This document shows, in pieces, positions 1 to 7,373 of a stretch of 14,090 nt of DNA (position 1 is its first letter; each line of letters begins with the position of its first letter). This DNA is from a candidate division WOR-3 bacterium (GTDB lineage Bacteria; Hydrothermota; Hydrothermia; B15-G9; WFZT01). The notes beneath the pieces are model-generated. The model was not told where the DNA came from and did no database searches. It was given only the letters and a program-made list of their open reading frames with translations. The stretch lies in NCBI GenBank assembly GCA_027053075.1, contig JALUEE010000055.1:1-14090 (forward strand). The letters are read 5' to 3'. The position numbers and the translations under genes are program-made.

Positions 1-1475
1 ATCCGGGCACCATGAATCCCTTTCAGCACGGAGAGGTTTTTGTTACAGACGATGGAGCCGAAACTGACCTCGACCTCGGGCACTATGAAAGATTCCTGAA
101 CCAGAACCTATCGAGAAAGAACAATGCCACAGCAGGACAAATTTATGAGTCATTGATTCAGAAGGAAAGACGCGGAGACTTTCTCGGAAAGACCGTTCAG
201 GTAGTGCCACACCTCACCGATGAGATAAAACTACGTATCAAAGAGCTCGTGGAAGACGAAGACGACATCATCATCGTCGAAATTGGTGGGACTGTCGGTG
301 ACATCGAGAGTCTCCCTTTCCTTGAGGCCATCAGGCAAATGCGACTGGAATTGGGCGAGCAAAACACATTTTTCATACACGTTACGCTTGTCCCCTACAT
401 AAAATCCATTGGAGAGCTAAAGACAAAGCCCACGCAGCACTCGGTAATGAAACTGCGTGAAATCGGTATTCAGCCAGATCTTATTATCTGCCGCTCAGAG
501 CGAAAGATTGGTGATGAGATTAGAGAAAAGATTTCTCTTTTTACCAACGTGCCAAAGGAGCGGGTCGTGGAGATGCGCGACCTTCCAACCATCTACAAAG
601 CTCCTTTGATACTCCACAGAGAAAAAGTTGATCAAAATATATTAAAAAAGCTCGATCTCCCCCCCAACCACGGCATAGACCTCTCGGACTGGAAATCCTT
701 TGTTGATAAACTTCTGCACCTCACTGACAGAGTAAAAATCGGTATAGTCGGAAAATATGTGGATGTGAAGGATTCCTACAAGAGCATTTCAGAGGCATTC
801 ATTCACGCATCAGTCTCCAACGACGTCAAAGTCGAGCTCAAATATATAGACTCCGAGGACCTTGAGGGCACAGACAAAATTGACGAATTTTTCAAAGATG
901 TTGATGGAATCCTTGTACCCGGTGGATTTGGCTCACGGGGGATCGAAGGCAAAATCAAGGCCATTCAGTTTGCCAGAGAAAATAAAATTCCATTCTTTGG
1001 AATATGCCTCGGAATGCAGCTTGCATCCATAGAATTTGCAAGGCATGTTCTCGGCCTCAAGGGTGCGAATTCGACGGAATTTGACCCCAAAACACCTCAC
1101 CCGATTATTACCATCTTGCCAGATAAAAAAGGAGTAACAAAAATGGGGGGCACCCTGAGAAAGGGAGCCTATCCCGCGATTTTAAAGCCCGGTACCATGA
1201 CTTATGAGATTTACGGCCGTGTGCGGGAAATTTCAGAAAGGCACAGGCACCGCTATGAGTTTAATCCAGCTTATAGAGAAATCTTTGAGAATAACGGTAT
1301 GGTGGTCTCTGGGGAATCTCCGGACGGAGTACTTGTTGAGATCATTGAGCTCCAGGACCATCCATTTTTTATAGGTGTTCAATTTCACCCCGAGTTTAAA
1401 TCAAGGCCGATGAGGCCACACCCAATCTTTCACCATTTTGTGAAAGCAGCAAAAAACAGGAGGTTTTCAAGATGA
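1..1475 (+). CDS. pyrG: CTP synthase, N-terminus cut off by the window edge
   Basis: The frame is open upstream of the ATG at 12 (..PGT-MNPFQHGEVFV, an internal PyrG motif). Other motifs: ETDLDLGHYERF, EIGGTVGDIES, KTKPTQHSV, and the glutaminase motifs PGGFG, GICLGMQ (Cys), ERHRHRYE and QFHPE (His/Glu). Confidence 0.99.
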   Translation, partial: PGTMNPFQHGEVFVTDDGAETDLDLGHYERFLNQNLSRKNNATAGQIYESLIQKERRGDFLGKTVQVVPHLTDEIKLRIKELVEDEDDIIIVEIGGTVGDIESLPFLEAIRQMRLELGEQNTFFIHVTLVPYIKSIGELKTKPTQHSVMKLREIGIQPDLIICRSERKIGDEIREKISLFTNVPKERVVEMRDLPTIYKAPLILHREKVDQNILKKLDLPPNHGIDLSDWKSFVDKLLHLTDRVKIGIVGKYVDVKDSYKSISEAFIHASVSNDVKVELKYIDSEDLEGTDKIDEFFKDVDGILVPGGFGSRGIEGKIKAIQFARENKIPFFGICLGMQLASIEFARHVLGLKGANSTEFDPKTPHPIITILPDKKGVTKMGGTLRKGAYPAILKPGTMTYEIYGRVREISERHRHRYEFNPAYREIFENNGMVVSGESPDGVLVEIIELQDHPFFIGVQFHPEFKSRPMRPHPIFHHFVKAAKNRRFSR

Positions 1476-2287
1476 AATACAGGATCGGAAATTTTGAGGT
1501 TTACCATCTTTCAGCAGGAACCTTTGCCCTTGACGGTGGGGCCATGTTTGGGGTCGTCCCAAAAGTTTTGTGGAGCAAGCTGATCCCGTCAGATGAACTG
1601 AACAGAATCCCGATGGGAACAAATGTTCTCGTGATAAAGGCAGGGAAAGACCTGATCCTTGTTGATACGGGCATCGGAAATAAATGGAGTGACAAGCTGA
1701 AAAAAATCTATGACATTAACCCTAAAAATGCCTTTGAGGGGCTGGATTTTGGGCCAGAAGACATAACAAAGGTTATTCTAACGCACATGCATTTTGACCA
1801 TGCTGGAGGCTCTACGGTCTACAACCAGTACATGGAGCTTGTGCCAGCCTTTCCAAATGCCACCTATTACGTCCAGGAGATCGAGTGGAAATGGGCCACA
1901 AGGCCCAATGAGAGAACGAAAGCAAGCTATTTGCAGGAAAACATCTTGCCCATTAGAGAACAGCTGGAGCTTCTGGATGGAGATACCGAAATCGTGAAAG
2001 GGGTTCGCGTGGTCAGAACAGGTGGTCACACCGCGGGGCACGAGATTGTCGTAATCGAAAGTAATGGTGAATACGGGGCATTCCTTGGTGACCTCGTTCC
2101 AATGAGCCTTCATGTGCCTCTTCCCTACATCATGGCCTACGACAACTTCCCCATTGACACGCTTGAAAAGAAAAAGGAACTTTACCCGGAGTTTATAAAA
2201 AACGATTACCTTCTTTTCTTCGAGCATGACAGAGAGCCTGTAGCAGGTAAACTCGAGCTACAGGACGGCAAATACAGGCTCGTTTAG
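1472..2287 (+). CDS. Metallo-beta-lactamase-fold hydrolase, YtnP/lactonase-like
   Basis: LDGGAMFGVVPK, LVDTG, THMHFDHAGG (HxHxDH), TGGHTAGH, GDL and FEHD motifs. ATGA overlap with the pyrG stop and AGGAGG at about 1458-1463. The substrate cannot be determined from sequence. Confidence 0.92.
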   Translation: MKYRIGNFEVYHLSAGTFALDGGAMFGVVPKVLWSKLIPSDELNRIPMGTNVLVIKAGKDLILVDTGIGNKWSDKLKKIYDINPKNAFEGLDFGPEDITKVILTHMHFDHAGGSTVYNQYMELVPAFPNATYYVQEIEWKWATRPNERTKASYLQENILPIREQLELLDGDTEIVKGVRVVRTGGHTAGHEIVVIESNGEYGAFLGDLVPMSLHVPLPYIMAYDNFPIDTLEKKKELYPEFIKNDYLLFFEHDREPVAGKLELQDGKYRLV

Positions 2288-2299
2288 GCTCGATTTTAC

Positions 2300-3664
2300 A
2301 TGGACACCATTGCCGCGATTTCTACTCCTCATGGTATCGGTGGCATTGCTATAATCAGAGTAAGCGGCGAAAAGGCTACCGAAATTGTTGATAAAGTATT
2401 CAAAGGAAAGAAGCCCATCCGTGAAATTCCATCCCACAGGGTAACCTATGGCCGAATCGTTGACCCGGAAACTGGAGAAACCATTGATGATGTGCTCGTT
2501 ACAGTGATGAAAGCTCCGCATTCTTATACGGGAGAAGACGTGGTTGAAATCAGTTCTCACGGAGGCCTGATCATACCGGCAAGAATTCTTGAGACACTCA
2601 TAAAAAATGGTGCGAGACTTGCAAAACCCGGTGAATTCACAGAGAGGGCTTTTTTAAACGGTAAAATTGACCTGATCCAGGCCGTTGGGGTAAAAGAGTT
2701 GATTGAGGCAACCTCTCCCCAGGCTGCGAGACTGGCAAGGAAAAGACTCGAGGGTGAAATTTCGCAAAAGTTTGGAAAATTAAAAGATGCTCTCATTGAT
2801 GTGCTAAAAGAGGTTGAGGCAAGGGTGGATTTTGAAGAAGATGTTCCCCCGCTTGACCCTGAATTTCTAAAAAATTCCATTGAAGCGATTATCAAGGATA
2901 TTGATGAAATAATTCGCGTTGGAGAGAGGGGCCAGAAAGTTTTTGAAGGAATCCGCATTGTGATTGCAGGGAGGCCAAATGTGGGAAAATCAACCCTGTT
3001 TAACCGTATCCTGAATGAAGAGAGGGCAATTGTAACGGATATTCCCGGGACAACGAGAGACATTATCTCAGAGCAGATTCTAATAGACGGTGTCCCTGTG
3101 AGACTTATGGATACAGCAGGGCTCAGGGAAACCAGTGAGGCAGTGGAGCTGATCGGTGTAAATCTTGCAAAGGAAACTATTGAGGATGCAGATGTTGTTG
3201 TATTTGTTATTGATGGGAGCGAGGGAATTCACCCGGAGGATGTAGAGATTTTCAAAAAAATTGACGTACCTCTGAAGATTTTAGTGGTAAACAAGATTGA
3301 CAAGAGGCTAAAGGTCAAGGACGAGGAAATTTTAAGCCACTTTGGTGAGGTTGAATTTTTTAAGGTTTCCTCACTCTCAGGAGAGGGGATTGATGAATTT
3401 TTAGATGATCTCTCAAAAAGGCTCAAAGAGAAATTTGTTATAGGTGGTGAGATGAGCATTACAAATAGGGAGAAGGGGCTTCTTTTGAGTGCAAAAGAGG
3501 ATTTGAAAGAGGCTCTAAAAGTTCACGCGCAGGGGTATCCTCTCGATATAGTTTCATTTCACATTAGAGAGGCCATCAACAGACTAAACGAGATTTTCGG
3601 TATTGGTGACATACCGGAGAAGGTTCTTGACAGAATTTTTGAAGAATTCTGCATAGGGAAATAA
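2300..3664 (+). CDS. mnmE: tRNA U34 modification GTPase MnmE (TrmE)
   Basis: DTIAAISTP..GGIAIIRVSG, PHSYTGEDVVE, GEFTERAFLNGKIDL; G1 GRPNVGKS, G2 PGTTRD, G3 DTAG, G4 NKID; C-terminal FCIGK. Confidence 0.99.
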   Translation: MDTIAAISTPHGIGGIAIIRVSGEKATEIVDKVFKGKKPIREIPSHRVTYGRIVDPETGETIDDVLVTVMKAPHSYTGEDVVEISSHGGLIIPARILETLIKNGARLAKPGEFTERAFLNGKIDLIQAVGVKELIEATSPQAARLARKRLEGEISQKFGKLKDALIDVLKEVEARVDFEEDVPPLDPEFLKNSIEAIIKDIDEIIRVGERGQKVFEGIRIVIAGRPNVGKSTLFNRILNEERAIVTDIPGTTRDIISEQILIDGVPVRLMDTAGLRETSEAVELIGVNLAKETIEDADVVVFVIDGSEGIHPEDVEIFKKIDVPLKILVVNKIDKRLKVKDEEILSHFGEVEFFKVSSLSGEGIDEFLDDLSKRLKEKFVIGGEMSITNREKGLLLSAKEDLKEALKVHAQGYPLDIVSFHIREAINRLNEIFGIGDIPEKVLDRIFEEFCIGK

Positions 3665-4299
3665 TGGACCTGGAAAAGCTAAAAAGGTTACAGGAGAAGC
3701 TAAAATCCCGCGTCAAACTGGAGAAATTTTTGAATGAGGTCAGGATAGTTGCGGGATGTGACTCATCTTTTCCCGGAGGCAAAACGCTCGGTGTTTGTGT
3801 CAACATTTCATATCCAGGACTCCAGATTATTGAAATTTCTTACGCACTGCTGGAGACGAGATTTCCCTACATTCCGACATTTTTATCCTTCAGGGAGCTT
3901 CCATCACTGGTTCAGGCATACAGACAGCTAAAATACACACCGGACCTGATATTGGTTGACGGTCAGGGAATTGCCCATCCAAGAGGACTGGGAATAGCAT
4001 CTCACTTAGGAGTTATAGTTGATAAGCCTACAATAGGAGTCGCAAAGTCGAGACTTTTTGGAGATTTTGAGATGTTACCGGGACCTGAGCGTGGCAGTTT
4101 TGTTTATTTAAAGAATGGTAAGTCAACAATTGGGGCGGTGCTTATAACTCGTGACAACGTCAAGCCAGTCTTTGTCTCTCCCGGGAACCTGATCGATGTG
4201 GACAGTGCTGTGGAATGGGTTTTAAAGCTTGGAGCTGGTTACAGACTACCCGAGCCCACACGCATTGCCGACAAAATCTCCAAAAGTTTGATAAAATAG
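3664..4299 (+). CDS. nfi: Endonuclease V (deoxyinosine 3' endonuclease)
   Basis: AGCD, the PYIP wedge, LSFRE, VDGQGIAHPRGLGIASHLG, IGVAKS, PVFVSPG and YRLPEPTRIAD. TAATG stop/start overlap with mnmE. Confidence 0.97.
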   Translation: MDLEKLKRLQEKLKSRVKLEKFLNEVRIVAGCDSSFPGGKTLGVCVNISYPGLQIIEISYALLETRFPYIPTFLSFRELPSLVQAYRQLKYTPDLILVDGQGIAHPRGLGIASHLGVIVDKPTIGVAKSRLFGDFEMLPGPERGSFVYLKNGKSTIGAVLITRDNVKPVFVSPGNLIDVDSAVEWVLKLGAGYRLPEPTRIADKISKSLIK

Positions 4300-4316
4300 C
4301 ATAAAATAGAGACTCC

Positions 4317-5606
4317 ATGTATTACGGCAGGCAGGAAATCAGGATAAGCTTCAAGAGTTTAGTTATTGCAGTGCTTCTTCTCTTTTTATTCGATGGTCTT
4401 GTGCGTTTTCTCGCTGATTTTCTCGGTCTCTACATTTTAAACGCATGGAAAGATTTGACCATACTACTCCTTCTCATTTTTGCACTCACGCTTATCTGGT
4501 TTATTTTGCGGAAGCTCACACTGACGCTCTGGGACCTGCTATTTTTTGTTATGGTATCGTATTCGATCCCGATGGGTATCTTAGACCACGGATTGATTCA
4601 GACGATATGGGGAATAAAAATATTTTTTCTGCCCGTTTTCCTATATATTTTCATTTTTAATCTTCTGAAAGGCGATCCAGAGGATCAGGTCATTGAGAGA
4701 TTTATCGTCTATCTTCTCATCCTTGCGATCCCCATCATCCTTTTCGGGTTTGTTCAATACAAAACTCATTTCCTCATTTTTAAAGAACTTGCCCCTGTAA
4801 CCCTCGGGAAAATTTCATATATCAAGCTCTCGTGGATATCAACTTCAATCAGAGCGATTGGCACCTTCAGGAATCAGTTTGAATTTGGTAATTTCAGTGC
4901 TTACGTTGTGATTTTCAGTACCGGGATGATGCTAAAAAGCCGCAAATTTTCAAATAAATCCCTCTATCTTTTCTTAATCTTTCTGGGATTCGTAGGGATT
5001 TTTTGCTCAACAAGCCGAACATCTATGCTCGCGGCAATTTACGGAATAACCGGGATTCTGATCGTGAGGTACTTGAGACATTCTTCTTTTCAAATGAAAT
5101 CGGCACTTTTTCTCATAACAATTGCTCTGCCACTTCTAATTTTCTTCGTTGCCCTATTTGGACTCGGGAAAGAAGGGGGAAAGCTGTTCTTTCTTCTTTC
5201 AACGCAGTCAACCTTTGCAAGATTGATAGTCTGGTACGATGCCCTCGTCCATTTCCCATTTTTCAAAAATCCACTGACATTCCTCTTTGGATTTGGAGTG
5301 GGAGCAATAGGAACTGCCCAGGGACACGTAAGGCCTGAGTTTTACAATCCCGTTGACAACCTTTTCCTGTATCTGCTAATAAACTTCGGTTTTGTCGGGC
5401 TAATTATCTTTCTTTATCTGCTACTTGCACCCGTGACAAGGTTCCTGTCAAATATCAAAGAGTACGAATTCGGATGGCGTGACCTCGTGGCGATTTTGAC
5501 GCTGGGTGTCATCTTCGTTGAAGGTATGTACAGTACTGTTTTTGAAGGATTTCCACTCCCCTATCTCTTTTGGTTTATGCATTTTTACTTCAGGTTTAAA
5601 TCATGA
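4317..5606 (+). CDS. Polytopic membrane protein, O-antigen ligase / Wzy polymerase-like
   Basis: Roughly 11-12 hydrophobic segments, with family-type motifs RAIGTF, SRTS, ST.AR, GFGVG and VDNLFL..LINFGFVGL. Coupled to a glycosyltransferase gene. Confidence 0.75.
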   Translation: MYYGRQEIRISFKSLVIAVLLLFLFDGLVRFLADFLGLYILNAWKDLTILLLLIFALTLIWFILRKLTLTLWDLLFFVMVSYSIPMGILDHGLIQTIWGIKIFFLPVFLYIFIFNLLKGDPEDQVIERFIVYLLILAIPIILFGFVQYKTHFLIFKELAPVTLGKISYIKLSWISTSIRAIGTFRNQFEFGNFSAYVVIFSTGMMLKSRKFSNKSLYLFLIFLGFVGIFCSTSRTSMLAAIYGITGILIVRYLRHSSFQMKSALFLITIALPLLIFFVALFGLGKEGGKLFFLLSTQSTFARLIVWYDALVHFPFFKNPLTFLFGFGVGAIGTAQGHVRPEFYNPVDNLFLYLLINFGFVGLIIFLYLLLAPVTRFLSNIKEYEFGWRDLVAILTLGVIFVEGMYSTVFEGFPLPYLFWFMHFYFRFKS

Positions 5607-6664
5607 TAGCCGTCAACTCGAGGTTTCTCACACAAAGAATAACCGGGGTCCAGAGATTTGCCCTTGAAATTTCAAAGGCCCTCACGGAGTTGAGAGATGA
5701 TCTCGTATTTTTAAGTCCCCGAGGCGTTATGTATCCGGAACTTGCCCATAAACTGAACGTCCAGAGTTTTGGCAGGTTGAAAGGTCATCTGTGGGAGCAA
5801 CTTGAACTACCTTCAAAACTCCGGGAAATGGACTCACCTTTACTTCTCAATCTTGCTAATACCGCTCCACTATACTACACAAACCAGATTGTAACCATCC
5901 ACGACCTTGCTGTTTTCAGATTTCCGGAGAGCTTCTCAAAGTCATTTTCCACTTTTTATAAATTTCTGTTGCCGAGAATAGCACGTAATTCCCGCATGGT
6001 GCTTACAGTGAGCGAGTTCTCAAAAGGAGAGATTGTTAATCTTCTGGGTATCCCTGCTGAAAAGATTCACGTTATTTATAATGCCGTCTCGGAAAATATC
6101 AAATGCCAGCCTGTTCCTCTCGAGAAAAAGGAAAAGTATATACTTACCGTCTCCTCACTCGATCCAAGAAAAAACCTTGGAAATCTTGTAAGAGCTTTCA
6201 CCAGCTCCAGCCTAAAGGGTTACAAGCTCAAAATAGCCGGCGCAGAGAGTCGTGTATTTTCAAAGGTTGCTTTTGAGGTAAAATCACCCGATGTCGAATT
6301 TTTAGGTTATCAGCGAGACAATGAGCTATCAAGACTTTATGAAAGGGCCACTTTATTTGTGTACCCCTCGTTGTATGAAGGATTTGGAATCCCTCCACTT
6401 GAGGCGATGAAATGTGGAACACCGGTAATTGTTTCAAGAACAGCCTCCCTGCCTGAAGTCTGTGGCGACGCAGCCCTTTACGTAGGAACAGATGTGGAGA
6501 GCATAAAAGAAGGAATGGAACGGGTTTTATCGGATAAATCTCTGATGGAAGAGCTTATTAGAAGGGGTTTCAAAAGGGTAAAGGGGTTTTCCTGGCAAAA
6601 ATCAGCAAAGAAGCTGAGCAGCTTGCTTGACACTTTATGCCCAGGTAGAAATTCCTTAATTTGA
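5603..6664 (+). CDS. Glycosyltransferase family 4 (GT-B fold, mannosyltransferase-like)
   Basis: [48 protein letters not shown] (Ex7E), SLPEVCGDA and FSW motifs. ATGA overlap with the upstream gene. Confidence 0.95.
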   Translation: MIAVNSRFLTQRITGVQRFALEISKALTELRDDLVFLSPRGVMYPELAHKLNVQSFGRLKGHLWEQLELPSKLREMDSPLLLNLANTAPLYYTNQIVTIHDLAVFRFPESFSKSFSTFYKFLLPRIARNSRMVLTVSEFSKGEIVNLLGIPAEKIHVIYNAVSENIKCQPVPLEKKEKYILTVSSLDPRKNLGNLVRAFTSSSLKGYKLKIAGAESRVFSKVAFEVKSPDVEFLGYQRDNELSRLYERATLFVYPSLYEGFGIPPLEAMKCGTPVIVSRTASLPEVCGDAALYVGTDVESIKEGMERVLSDKSLMEELIRRGFKRVKGFSWQKSAKKLSSLLDTLCPGRNSLI

Positions 6665-6938
6665 TCATATATTTGCTCTGTTTTTCTATCTCCAAAGTGC
6701 AGAATTTCAAAATGATCGTCGAGTATTTTAGATTTCCTCCCTCGATTATAAGACGAATAATATTCCATTGCCTGATCATAGTCTCCAGCAAAATGATGTA
6801 AAATGTAGATGTGAAGGTATGAAAAATAAAAATCCAGAATGTGAAAGCGTGTTCGAAAATTCTTCCAGGTATTTTGTTACACACAGAGTGCACGGTGCTG
6901 GGGAAGGTGCCTTCTCAAAAAATCAAGCGGATTTTTCA

Positions 6939-7051
6939 CCCTCCCTTCCCCTTGGGGAAGGGAGGGCTGGGGTGGAATGGGGGGAACAAAATTTCGAATA
7001 ACCCATTTTCCCATTCTCCCCTGCCCCCTCCTTCCTTGAAGGAAGGAGGGG
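6939..7051. repeat. REP-like palindrome doublet (two related hairpin+tail units in inverted orientation), copy 1
   Basis: Hairpin A is CCCTCCCTTCCCC-TT-GGGGAAGGGAGGG (6939-6966, 13-bp arms) followed by the tail CTGGGGTGGAATGGGGGG. The tail TTCCCATTCTCCCCTGC precedes hairpin B, CCCCTCCTTCCTT-G-AAGGAAGGAGGGG (7025-7051, 13-bp arms). Confidence 0.88.
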
Positions 7052-7283
7052 TAATTTACGCTGCAATTATCGTTGATGTAACGGGATTCCGTTGAGAAAG
7101 ATGGCAATTGAAATTTAGATTTTTTGACCACTCGCGACAAGTGCGATGAAATGGGCTGAACAGTTACGGAAAATTTATCTAAACGTTTGAGTTTTGATAG
7201 AAGGTGGATAGAGAGATTATTATACCCTTTTATGTGGAAGACTATAATTTTTGTCTTAATTAGCGGAGTCAAAAAGGATTTTC

Positions 7284-7312
7284 TTGACCTCCTCTTACCC
7301 TGACTCGATAAT
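7284..7312 (+). promoter_or_regulatory. Putative sigma70 promoter of the LVIVD/T9SS cargo gene
   Basis: TTGACC (7284-7289), 17 nt spacer, GATAAT (7307-7312). SD GGAGG at 7361-7365, 8 nt before the ATG at 7374. Confidence 0.6.
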
Positions 7313-7373
7313 CTATAAAAATTTTGCTCTTTGATAGGCTACGGGCTTTTCAAAGAGAAAGGAGGCTATTTAA

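Noticed and set aside
6660..6770. RelE/ParE toxin remnant (EILHFGDRK..IY on the minus strand)
   Set aside because: The upstream YR-hydrophobic strand motif is missing and there is no antitoxin ORF, so the resemblance is too short to support.
6768..7272. Short ORFs 6768-7001, 6841-7095 and 6877-7272 as functional genes
   Set aside because: Their distinctive Pro/Gly-rich segments (PLGEGRAG, PPSLKEGG) are translations of the palindromes. They have no well-spaced SD and no recognisable domain.
7272..7294. Minus-strand GAGGAGGT as the SD for the TTG at 7272
   Set aside because: The 14-nt spacing is too long, and the sequence is better explained as part of the + strand promoter.
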